Shown here in pieces: positions 36,054 to 45,269 of a DNA stretch of 64,000 nt. The notes under the pieces were generated by a model. That model had not been told where the DNA came from. It did no database searches and saw nothing but the letters and a program-made list of their open reading frames with translations. The position numbers were made by a program, and so were the translations under genes. The DNA comes from an uncultured Flavobacteriales bacterium. Lineage in GTDB: Bacteria > Bacteroidota > Bacteroidia > AKYH767-A > 2013-40CM-41-45. The stretch is taken from NCBI GenBank assembly GCA_964355885.1, contig CAYHFJ010000003.1, positions 2,391-66,390 of the forward strand, given 5' to 3'. Positions within the stretch are counted from its first letter, which is position 1. The number at the start of each line of letters is the position of its first letter.

Positions 36054-39000
36054 CTATTCAACTACAAAGCGAGTGGTATAGGCTGCATTTCTATCTGTAA
36101 TACGGAGCAGATAAATTCCGGGAGCAAAATTCTTCACATGCAATTTCTCCGAATACTTTCCATTCAGAGGAAGGGCATCCTGGAACATTACCAATCGTCC
36201 GTCAACAGAATACGCATGAACATACGCCTTGTTTATTCCGGAAGAACTCCAGGAAATAGTAAGTGTTTCATGTACAGGGTTAGGATACAAATGAAATGAA
36301 GCATGAATCTCTCTTTCAATAGTACTGACATCAACATTTATCATCACAACATCGGATGCAAAGCAACCATTGGAATCAAGAACAGTGATCACGTACGAAC
36401 CTGTTGAATTCACAATGATTGTTTGGGTGGAATCTCCTGTTGACCATTGATAGTTCACATAGCCTGTACCCGGATTCAATGTAACCGATTGACCACTTTG
36501 AATGAATATGGTATCAGGACCGAGGTCAACAAATGGCGCTGGATGAATAGAAGCAATAAGTGCAATAGGCTGACTCGGACAGCGATCACCTGCAATCGCG
36601 TAGTAGGTTTGAGTCGCACTTAACACAGGAGTGGTAAATGTGGATCCTGTACCAATGAGAGTTCCACCTGTGGCCAGATCATACCACCTGACTGTATCAT
36701 TCGAGGAAGCAGTGAGTGTGACAGTACTTGTTCCGCAACCCGATCCATTTTCAACAATCAGAAATACACTATATGGAATAATGACAGCGGACACTGACCT
36801 TCTTATACTTCTGCATTGATCACCTGCTTCAACAAAATACACAGTCGTAGCAGAAATTGACGGCGTTGTGAATGAAGTACCCGTACCCACCTGTGTACCA
36901 CCAACAGCTGCATCAAACCAATAAATTTGTTCAGGTGATGTAGCCCCAAGAGTAAGCACCCCCGATCCGCAAGCTGAATCTGAAATTACCGATGGTGAAG
37001 CCGGCAATGCCAGAATCACGGCATTAACAGGTACACGTGAGCTATTACATCCAATTCCGGCATCAGCATAGAAGATGGTATTTGTCGTAATAGCAGGTGT
37101 GTTAAATGTAGTTCCGGTACCTAATAAATTACCTGCTGATGCTGAATCATACCAGTTAATTTGTTGTGAAGATACACCGGTCAATACAACACTACCTGAA
37201 CCGCATCTCTCACCATCGTTTAAAACTGGAGCTGAGGGGGGACTTGTGATAATGGCTTCGACACGCACTCTTGCACTTACACATACATCTCCAGCCTCTA
37301 CGTAATATGTCTCATTAGAAGAAAGAGAAGGAGTGGTAAAAGATGCACCCATACCGAGCAAAGATCCGCCCGTAGCATGTTCATACCAAAACAATGATTC
37401 AGGAGAACTTGCGGTAAGAGTTACAGTACCTTGCCCACAGCGCGATACATCATTTGCAATTGGAAGGGAAGCCGGAGGGGTAATAACAGCATTAACTGCA
37501 ACACGTAAACTTCTGCACAGATCTCCGGTTTCAACATAATAGGTAGTGGAAGTCGAGATAGAAGGGGTTATAAAGGAAGTGCCTGTACCAACCGGAGAAC
37601 CACCGGTGAAAACATCGTACCAGTAAATTTGTTCAAGTGAGGAAGCACTTAAAATTACTGTACCCGATCCGCATCGTGATGAATCAGTAGTCAGTGGAGG
37701 AGCAGGAAGATCCTGAATTGTTGCAATGACAGAAACTCTTGCACTATTACAACCTAAACCTGCATCGGCATAGAAAGTAGTTGTAACCGATATTCCAGGC
37801 GTATTGAAAACTGCACCTGTATCAAGCAAATTACCGCCTATCGCAGCATCATACCAGTTAATTCTCGTTGGTGAGCTACCGGATAAACTTACACTTCCAG
37901 AACCGCACCTTGTCCCGTCTGATAATGCAGGTGTAGCGGGTGCAGAACTGACAATTGCCTGAACGGGAATACGAACACTTATGCAGGTTGTTCCGGCTTC
38001 AACATAGTAAGTTGTTGTCGCGCTCAACATGGGAGTATTGTAGGTACTACCGGTAATTAATGGAGTCCCTCCGCTGGAATTGGCGTACCACCGGATTTGG
38101 AATGCAGAACCGGCTGTTAGTGTCACTGAACCTGTTCCACATCGAGAAACATCCGAAGCGTTTGGAGCCGGAGGAACAGGATCAATTATAGCTTGCACTG
38201 CGACTCGACTGCTGCGACATGTATTTCCCGTTTCTACATAATACGTAGTTGTTGAAGAAAGAGAAGGAGTGATGAAACTTGATCCTGTGAACAATAAGTT
38301 GCCTCCGGTAGCAGCATTGTACCAATAAATTTGTTCCGGTGAAGTCGCAGTGATCGTAACTGATCCTGTACCACAACGGGATACACTGCTTGCTACAGGA
38401 GCAGCGGGAGCACCAAGAATAATTGCTTGTACAGCTGTTCTTGTTAAACTACGACAATTATTACCGGCTTCCGCATAGTATGTAGTAGTGGAACTAATAA
38501 AAGGTGTGGTAAATGAATTACCTGTAAATAATGGTGTGCCACCACTGGCTGTGGAATACCAGTAAATCTGTTCAGGTGAGGAAGCCGTCAAAAGCACAGT
38601 GCCTGCACCGCATCGGGAAACATCAGCTGCAGAAGGAGGAGCGGGTTCAATACCAATGATGGCCTGAACAGGAACTCTTGCACTCCGGCATGAATTACCT
38701 GCCTCAATATAATATGTAACAGTTGCACTAATAACGGGTGTTGTATATGTATTACCGGTGCTTAATAAGATTCCACCTGTTGCCTGATCATACCAATAAA
38801 TGGTTTCAGGTGAACTTGCACTCAAAGTAACAGTCCCCTGACTGCAACGGGTGACGCTGAGGGTTGATGGTGTTGCAGGGATTGCATTGACTATCGCCTG
38901 AACAGCAATTCGTGAACTTCGACATACATTTCCGGTTTCAACGTAATAAGTTGTAGTGGCAGATATTGAAGGTGTGGTATAAGAAGTTCCAATGATGAGC

Positions 39001-42000
39001 AATGACCCTCCGGTGGCAGCACTATACCAGTAAATTTGTTCTAATGATGATGCAGTCAGATCAACAGTACCGATACCGCAGCGTGAACTATTTGAAACTG
39101 AAGGCGGAGCCGGAACACTATTTATAATGGCCTGAACAGGAGTGCGTGTTGCACTTGCACAACCACTAAAAGTTTCGGCATAGTAGGTTGTTGTGGTACT
39201 GATTGAAGGTGTGGTAAAGAAATTACCGGTTCCAAGCGGAGCTCCACCTGTCGCAGATGCGTACCATGAAATTGTTCCTGTTGAAGAAGCTGAAAGATTC
39301 ACCGTTCCCGTGCCGCAACGGGAAACATCAGAAGCCGTTGGAGCTGCCGGCGGGGATGTAATAATTGCCTGAACAGAAATTCTGTTACTGCGACAATTAT
39401 TTCCATTTTCCAGATAATAAGTTATTGTAGACGATATAACAGGAGTAGTAAATGTATTTCCGGTAGCCAGCAAAGTACCGCCACTTAATTGATCATACCA
39501 ATAAATTGTTTCAGTTGCTGATGCAGTCAATGTCAATGTTCCTGAGCCACAACGCGATGCGTTTGATGCAGAAGGAGCAGCGGGTATCGAGTTGATGATT
39601 GCCTGCACGGTTGTTCTTGCACTTCTGCAGTTATTACCGGTTTCAACATAGTAGTTTGTACTGGTGCTAATGGAAGGTGTTGTAAATGGATTTCCTGTAA
39701 AGAGAAGCGTGCCGCCTGTTGCCGCTGAATACCAATACAGTTGTCCAGATCCTGTAGCAGATAAAGATACTGTACCCGTCCCGCAACGACTCATATTAGA
39801 AGAAGAAGGTGCGGCAGGTATTGGATCAATAATAGCCTGAATGGCTTTTCTTGATGGACTTACACACCCGTTATCTGCTTCAACATAATAAGTTGTGGAT
39901 ACTGTGATAGATGGGGTTGTAAAATTTGCACCGGTGCCTAATACGGCACCTCCAATTGCCGCGGAATACCATCTTAAAGTTCCCGACCCGGTGGCTGTAA
40001 GTGATACGATCCCTGTTCCACAGCGTGTCACATCCGCTCCATTCGGCACCGCGGGTGTGGCACTGATAATGGCCTGAACAGCTATGCGTACACTGTGGCA
40101 ATTATCACCTGCTTCTAAATAATAAGTAGTACTTGAACTTAATGAAGGAGTTGTGTATGTAAGTCCTGTTGTAAGTAAAGCACCCCCACTTGCCGCACTA
40201 TACCAATAAACCGTTTCAAGAGATGTCGCTGTTAGCGTAACACTTCCTGTGCCACATCTTGATACGTCACTCGCAATCGGTACCGCGGGTATTAAATTAA
40301 CAACAGCCTGCACCGCGATACGGGAACTTCTGCAATTTGCTGTTCCTGCCTCCACATAATAGGTTGTAGTAGTTGAAATAGAAGGAGTCGAAAATGAAGA
40401 ACCTGTTTGTAGAAGTGTACCTCCTGTCGGAGCATCATACCAATAGATTTGATCCGGGGAAGTAGCATTAAGATTTACTATGCCGGTGCCACACCGTGAT
40501 ACATCAGGAGCAAGAGGAACTGGAGGAGCGGCAGAAATGACAACCTGAACAGCGGTTCTCGAACTGCGACACTGATCTCCTGCTTCAACATAATAAGTTG
40601 TTGATGAAGAAATAACAGGTGTAGTAAAAATAGAACCTGTATGTAATAGAATCCCTCCACTGGAAGCATCAAACCAATAAACCTGGCCTGTAGAGGTTGC
40701 AGTCAGGTCAAAGCTACCCGGTAAGCAATCAGAAATACCTGATGCGGTTGGTGCAGATAGGATTGGTTCAACAACAGCGACGCACCTGACTCTTGAACTG
40801 GGACAACCGGAATTGGCTTCCACATAAAATGTATCTGAAGCAGCAAGGCTCGGTGTATTGAAATTACTACCTGTTCCGAGAACTGATCCTCCGGTAGCGG
40901 AATTGTACCAGGACAATGTTCCGGAGCCGGTGGCGGAAAGTGCTACTACTCCGCTTCCGCAACGATGATTGTCTGCTGTCAATGGTTCGGCAGTTGAATT
41001 TATATATACATGTACTTCAACTCTAGGACTAGGGCAAACATTACCGGCTTCCACATAAAATACTGAATCATTCTGGATGATGTTCGTCACAAAAGTTGAA
41101 CCTGTTTCGAGCAAGGCGCCTCCAATCAATGCACCATACCAATGTATGGTGGCAGTATCAGTAGCTGTGAGTGTTGCAATGCCGGGACCACATCTGGTAA
41201 AGTCACTTGTGGCAGGGGTTGAAGTAATCGCCAGAATAGTTGCCGTTGCAGCTACAGGATTACTCGGACAAATCGAACTGCTTTGACTATAATAAATTGT
41301 AGTAGAGCTAAGGACAGGAGTGACAAGTGTGTCTCCAACACCCACTAAATTTCCTCCGGGTGCATCATACCAGAAAATGGAATCAGTGGAAGTTGCAATC
41401 AATGTAATTTCTCCCGGCCCGCATCTGCCTGTAGAGGTTGTCACAGGATCCGGTCCCTGAGAAACTACCGTAACAATAGTCGGATCAGAGATTACGGAAC
41501 AACCCTGATAAGTAACGGAAACTGTATAGGTACCAGCTAAGTCAGCTGTATAAGTTGATGTAGCCCCGTTAGCGAGATTTGAACCGTTTCTCTTCCATTG
41601 ATAAGCATAACCGGGATTATCCGTAGCAGAGAGTAATACACTGCCACCGTTACAAAAAGTTGTATTTCCTGTAACTGCAACCGGTGTGGCCAGTAGTGGA
41701 CTATAGGCTCTTCCGGGGGAACCTCCAACGCAACCGGCAAACCAGTTGGTTCCAAGGTTCAGGTTGCCTGTCGGACTAAGGAGTTCAAGTGTATAACCTC
41801 CGCCATCCGGACTGAGAGGCCATGGAGCCTGATCTTGATAAGTAAAAGACAGATATAGATTATCCTGGTAATCAAACACGCGAACCAGCTCTCCCCCATT
41901 TCCCAGATTAAAGCCCATCGCACCCAATTTGTTCGTGACCGAGGGATATTGTAAAGTGAAATTAGTAGTGTCTTCAACGAGTACGAGATATCCTCCTGCA

Positions 42001-44963
42001 GCGATTGAAGTACCGGTTGGAAATTGAAATACATGATTGTCCGCCTCATCACTAAATTTCCATCCGGAAATATTTAATGTATGTGTTCCATAATTATATA
42101 ACTCAATCCAATCACCTGAATTATTTGCTCCATCAGAATTATAGTTTACCTCACTGATTGTTAACTTAGGTGTCGCGGCTGAGCCGGTAAAGTAACAGGT
42201 TATAACATCGTTGGCTGTGAAGTTATAGGTTGCTGATTGATTATAATTATTTGATGAAATCACCACATTTGATCTCCAGTGATCAAAAGAATAACCCGGA
42301 TTCGGAATAGCAGTGATTGTTACCGGATTGCCATTGAAATAAATTCCGCTCCATGGATAAGAAGTCGGGGTAATGGTACTAATCTCAATCCTTCCTGATC
42401 CTGCGGGAGAAACCTGTAATGTTAATGTAACTTTCCCCGCGAGGCCAAAACCAGACTTGATAAAATCCCGCATAATTGTTGGCCTTGAATTAACAAAGCT
42501 TGTCATGCTGTTAATATTTGATTGCCATGTAGACATATTGCTTCCCCACTTGGCAAAATGTGCAGGCATATCAGCAGCCATTGAATCCTGAAATTGATGC
42601 AGTACACTATTATAATTCGAGGGTAAATAAATGGTATTGATCAGATCAGCATACCGATTAATAAAATACCTTTTGAATGTTGGATTACCCAACATCGCAT
42701 CGAACATTTCTGATGAATGACTAAACTCAATAGGATTCCTTGCCATCGAAAGCCGGTTGTCATTAACACTTCCTTTCAAACCAAAACCAAAATCTGTATC
42801 ATACAAAAGGTAGCGCCATTTTGAACCGGGAGCATTAGGTCTCCACATTTTAATATTGTTTGTCCATTCTCCTATCCAGTCACCATTGTTGATATAGGTC
42901 TCAGCAATAAAATAATCTGTATAATTTCTAATATCCAAAACAGTATTCATGTAATCATAATACTGCTGAGTACCCGTGTTTTGAGTTGTGGCATAATTAT
43001 ACATGGTCCAGAATGTAACGTCGGAACCATCTTCAACTTGAACAGATGAACCGCTCTCTCTGAGATAATCAATTTCACTTTTTTTCAATCCGAAATTTCC
43101 GGCCATCCAGTTATTATCATGCTTTTCATGTATGGTGTATACTCCCCAGAATTCCCCATTTAAAAACATAACGGCAGGCTCGGCAGCAAGATATCCGCTA
43201 TAGGTTGGTTTCATGATTCTTTCCATGAGTGCATCACGAAAATGAGTAACATTCCAATCCGTCCCTGAATTTCGAAGAACTATATTCTCATACTTTGTAA
43301 TAAAAGATTTATCCGGAATTAAAGGGTAATCAACTTCACTGGTACCAAACTTATCGCTGAGTTTAATCTCAAAACTTTTCTGTGCCTTTGCTCTGGAATA
43401 ATTTCCAAATATTTCTATTTCACTGTCAAACCGGACTACACGATTTTTTTGTTTGTCATAATATTCTACTGTTGCCGGTTTCTGCCAGGGCTGCCAAAAA
43501 TTAGCTCCTTTATATGGTGAAGTAGATTCCGCATTAGGCCCCAGAACATAAATACCTGTATTGTAATCCCATAAATTTAACGAATCGGTGGTGATCGTAA
43601 ATACCGGTAAATCGACATCCTCATTTATAAAATATGTGTTTGTTATAGTCAGGCTGGGTAAGTAACCAGACGCGAAGACACGAGCCCGAATAGTCTTTGT
43701 ACTTGACACAATGATTGAGGAAGAATACAAAGTTGAACTTGAAGTGGGGATGTTCCCATTCGTTGTATATCTGATTACTCCTCCGGGCGTGCTTGTTGAC
43801 AAAGAAATTGTACGGGTAGAAGAATAATATCCTGCCGATACTGAAAAAACAGGGGATGATGCATAACCGGTATAGCAGGATGAACTATTGTTTGAAGCGT
43901 CTGGAGTAGGAGTCCCGAAATAACACCAGGATGAGTTCCCGTCAGGTTTTCTTCCATAGGAATTATCCGCATCCATTGATGCATATCCTTTCTGGTCAAT
44001 AATGGTACCACCGGCATTCCGTAAGTACACGGTCTCTCCTGTTCGGCTTAATTTAAAATTCGCATTGTAATAATCAACCGCCGGAGATCTAAACCAGGAC
44101 GGAGGATTAGAATAAGTTACACCACTATTCAGCATTCCGAAAAATAAGTATGGAATAGAAGACATATCCGAGGAGCTTGCCGTGTTGTTATGAGTTTCAA
44201 CAGTCAGCACGTTAGTACCCGGGCGAATAATAGTTTTTAAAAATACCGGATCTACATAAAAGGAGTCAGGCTGACCACCTTGATACATCATTGCTTCATG
44301 AGAACCCGGAGCCAGATCATTCCATCTTGGCCTGGTTCCGATGATGCCAAGGTTGGCTCTTGCAATTTCCACTCCGTTGAGATAGGCCACAAAACCGTCA
44401 TCGTAATCCATCATAAATACTGCCTTCAATATCTGAGATGTATCCGCAATAGAAAAACTTTTACGCATGAAGACAGAAGTCGTCACAGCTATGGAGGTAC
44501 CATCATCACTATCCCCAAAACCAACTCCGCCAGTTCCTGATGACCAGGCCCCGTCACTGTAAGAAGTATTTCTCCAGTTGGTATCAACAGCTGCACTACC
44601 AACAATATATTTCCAACTGGAAAGTGCATTAACGCTCATCTCCCAATGATTAACCAATACGGAACTGTTGGAATCAGACGCAAAAACAAGAATCCGTTTG
44701 CCGGCGCCTAACGAATAGGAAGGAAAGGTGAAGCGATATGGCTTTGTGTTATCGTCCGTTAATCCATATCCGAGCAAATTCACTGCTGACCCGCCGGCAT
44801 TGTGCAGTTCGATCCAATCGTCATAGTCACCGTTTGAATTCTGAACTAAAGAAATGTTGGATGGGCAAATCTCATTGATGACAACCTGTGCATTCAGGTT
44901 TATCGGAGATCCCAAAATAATAAATGCTCCTGCAAACAGGAGATTGAGTAGAAGTGTTCTCAT
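36054..44963 (-). CDS. Giant T9SS-secreted surface protein: signal peptide, lamin-tail domain, CotH kinase-like domain, second lamin-tail domain, 21 Ig-like repeats, T9SS CTD
   Basis: Start set at MRTLLLNLLFAGAFIILG (ATG 44963), giving 2969 aa. LTD strings VVINEICPSN...YDDWIELHNAG and LTISEVNYNSD...GDWIELYNYG. CotH-like core roughly nt 42470-43610 (VLRNSGTDWNVTHFRDAL, RYLLYDTDFGFG). C-terminal HLYPNPVHETLTISW...GIYLLRITDRN. Confidence 0.8.
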   Translation of the reverse strand: MRTLLLNLLFAGAFIILGSPINLNAQVVINEICPSNISLVQNSNGDYDDWIELHNAGGSAVNLLGYGLTDDNTKPYRFTFPSYSLGAGKRILVFASDSNSSVLVNHWEMSVNALSSWKYIVGSAAVDTNWRNTSYSDGAWSSGTGGVGFGDSDDGTSIAVTTSVFMRKSFSIADTSQILKAVFMMDYDDGFVAYLNGVEIARANLGIIGTRPRWNDLAPGSHEAMMYQGGQPDSFYVDPVFLKTIIRPGTNVLTVETHNNTASSSDMSSIPYLFFGMLNSGVTYSNPPSWFRSPAVDYYNANFKLSRTGETVYLRNAGGTIIDQKGYASMDADNSYGRKPDGNSSWCYFGTPTPDASNNSSSCYTGYASSPVFSVSAGYYSSTRTISLSTSTPGGVIRYTTNGNIPTSSSTLYSSSIIVSSTKTIRARVFASGYLPSLTITNTYFINEDVDLPVFTITTDSLNLWDYNTGIYVLGPNAESTSPYKGANFWQPWQKPATVEYYDKQKNRVVRFDSEIEIFGNYSRAKAQKSFEIKLSDKFGTSEVDYPLIPDKSFITKYENIVLRNSGTDWNVTHFRDALMERIMKPTYSGYLAAEPAVMFLNGEFWGVYTIHEKHDNNWMAGNFGLKKSEIDYLRESGSSVQVEDGSDVTFWTMYNYATTQNTGTQQYYDYMNTVLDIRNYTDYFIAETYINNGDWIGEWTNNIKMWRPNAPGSKWRYLLYDTDFGFGLKGSVNDNRLSMARNPIEFSHSSEMFDAMLGNPTFKRYFINRYADLINTIYLPSNYNSVLHQFQDSMAADMPAHFAKWGSNMSTWQSNINSMTSFVNSRPTIMRDFIKSGFGLAGKVTLTLQVSPAGSGRIEISTITPTSYPWSGIYFNGNPVTITAIPNPGYSFDHWRSNVVISSNNYNQSATYNFTANDVITCYFTGSAATPKLTISEVNYNSDGANNSGDWIELYNYGTHTLNISGWKFSDEADNHVFQFPTGTSIAAGGYLVLVEDTTNFTLQYPSVTNKLGAMGFNLGNGGELVRVFDYQDNLYLSFTYQDQAPWPLSPDGGGYTLELLSPTGNLNLGTNWFAGCVGGSPGRAYSPLLATPVAVTGNTTFCNGGSVLLSATDNPGYAYQWKRNGSNLANGATSTYTADLAGTYTVSVTYQGCSVISDPTIVTVVSQGPDPVTTSTGRCGPGEITLIATSTDSIFWYDAPGGNLVGVGDTLVTPVLSSTTIYYSQSSSICPSNPVAATATILAITSTPATSDFTRCGPGIATLTATDTATIHWYGALIGGALLETGSTFVTNIIQNDSVFYVEAGNVCPSPRVEVHVYINSTAEPLTADNHRCGSGVVALSATGSGTLSWYNSATGGSVLGTGSNFNTPSLAASDTFYVEANSGCPSSRVRCVAVVEPILSAPTASGISDCLPGSFDLTATSTGQVYWFDASSGGILLHTGSIFTTPVISSSTTYYVEAGDQCRSSRTAVQVVISAAPPVPLAPDVSRCGTGIVNLNATSPDQIYWYDAPTGGTLLQTGSSFSTPSISTTTTYYVEAGTANCRSSRIAVQAVVNLIPAVPIASDVSRCGTGSVTLTATSLETVYWYSAASGGALLTTGLTYTTPSLSSSTTYYLEAGDNCHSVRIAVQAIISATPAVPNGADVTRCGTGIVSLTATGSGTLRWYSAAIGGAVLGTGANFTTPSITVSTTYYVEADNGCVSPSRKAIQAIIDPIPAAPSSSNMSRCGTGTVSLSATGSGQLYWYSAATGGTLLFTGNPFTTPSISTSTNYYVETGNNCRSARTTVQAIINSIPAAPSASNASRCGSGTLTLTASATETIYWYDQLSGGTLLATGNTFTTPVISSTITYYLENGNNCRSNRISVQAIITSPPAAPTASDVSRCGTGTVNLSASSTGTISWYASATGGAPLGTGNFFTTPSISTTTTYYAETFSGCASATRTPVQAIINSVPAPPSVSNSSRCGIGTVDLTASSLEQIYWYSAATGGSLLIIGTSYTTPSISATTTYYVETGNVCRSSRIAVQAIVNAIPATPSTLSVTRCSQGTVTLSASSPETIYWYDQATGGILLSTGNTYTTPVISATVTYYIEAGNSCRSARVPVQAIIGIEPAPPSAADVSRCGAGTVLLTASSPEQIYWYSTASGGTPLFTGNSFTTPFISSTTTYYAEAGNNCRSLTRTAVQAIILGAPAAPVASSVSRCGTGSVTITATSPEQIYWYNAATGGNLLFTGSSFITPSLSSTTTYYVETGNTCRSSRVAVQAIIDPVPPAPNASDVSRCGTGSVTLTAGSAFQIRWYANSSGGTPLITGSTYNTPMLSATTTYYVEAGTTCISVRIPVQAIVSSAPATPALSDGTRCGSGSVSLSGSSPTRINWYDAAIGGNLLDTGAVFNTPGISVTTTFYADAGLGCNSARVSVIATIQDLPAPPLTTDSSRCGSGTVILSASSLEQIYWYDVFTGGSPVGTGTSFITPSISTSTTYYVETGDLCRSLRVAVNAVITPPASLPIANDVSRCGQGTVTLTASSPESLFWYEHATGGSLLGMGASFTTPSLSSNETYYVEAGDVCVSARVRVEAIITSPPSAPVLNDGERCGSGSVVLTGVSSQQINWYDSASAGNLLGTGTTFNTPAITTNTIFYADAGIGCNSSRVPVNAVILALPASPSVISDSACGSGVLTLGATSPEQIYWFDAAVGGTQVGTGTSFTTPSISATTVYFVEAGDQCRSIRRSVSAVIIPYSVFLIVENGSGCGTSTVTLTASSNDTVRWYDLATGGTLIGTGSTFTTPVLSATQTYYAIAGDRCPSQPIALIASIHPAPFVDLGPDTIFIQSGQSVTLNPGTGYVNYQWSTGDSTQTIIVNSTGSYVITVLDSNGCFASDVVMINVDVSTIEREIHASFHLYPNPVHETLTISWSSSGINKAYVHAYSVDGRLVMFQDALPLNGKYSEKLHVKNFAPGIYLLRITDRNAAYTTRFVVE
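36545..41450 (-). repeat. 21 in-frame tandem coding repeats of ~234 nt (78 aa), Ig-like (CHU_C-associated type)
   Basis: Consensus SRCGTGTVTLTASSPEQIYWYDAATGGTLLxTGxSFTTPSISTTTTYYVEAGNxCRSSRVAVQAII, counted 21 times in the translation. DNA copies are diverged (roughly 60-65% identical by eye). Confidence 0.85.
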
Positions 44964-45269
44964 GTAAAAATCAGAAAGTCTAAAATATAGTGTGTTACTA
45001 AGGAGTTCGCCTATGTAAATGTAACAATAACACTTCATTTAGTCTCCAATTTTTGACGAATGCCCGCTTTGTCTTGGTGAATGAACTTCAATCAAAAGTA
45101 GCCAAAACCCTTATCTACAGCTGGGTACAGAGCTTTACATAATTTTATCACAAATGAATTGTGAACAACTTCTCAATGAAATAAGTATTTGCAATTAAAA
45201 ACAATATTCAATCCCATGTAAAAATTATTCTTCAACGAAAAAATGAGATTAAAGAAAATAAAATACAGC

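Noticed and set aside
36631-41286. Plus-strand ORFs of 60-76 aa inside the giant gene (for example 36631-36819, 37075-37305, 37333-37539, 39895-40077, 41077-41286), with mutually similar peptides (MVNVDPVP..., MVKDAPIP...).
   Set aside because: They are antisense shadows of the 234-nt coding repeats on the minus strand. Their similarity simply mirrors the repeat periodicity, and the 2969-aa minus-strand frame is uninterrupted.
36545-41450. A regular ~234-nt periodicity that could be mistaken for a CRISPR or satellite array.
   Set aside because: The period is far too long for CRISPR, there is no repeat/spacer alternation, every unit is in frame within one ORF and encodes a conserved Ig-like domain, and no cas genes are present.
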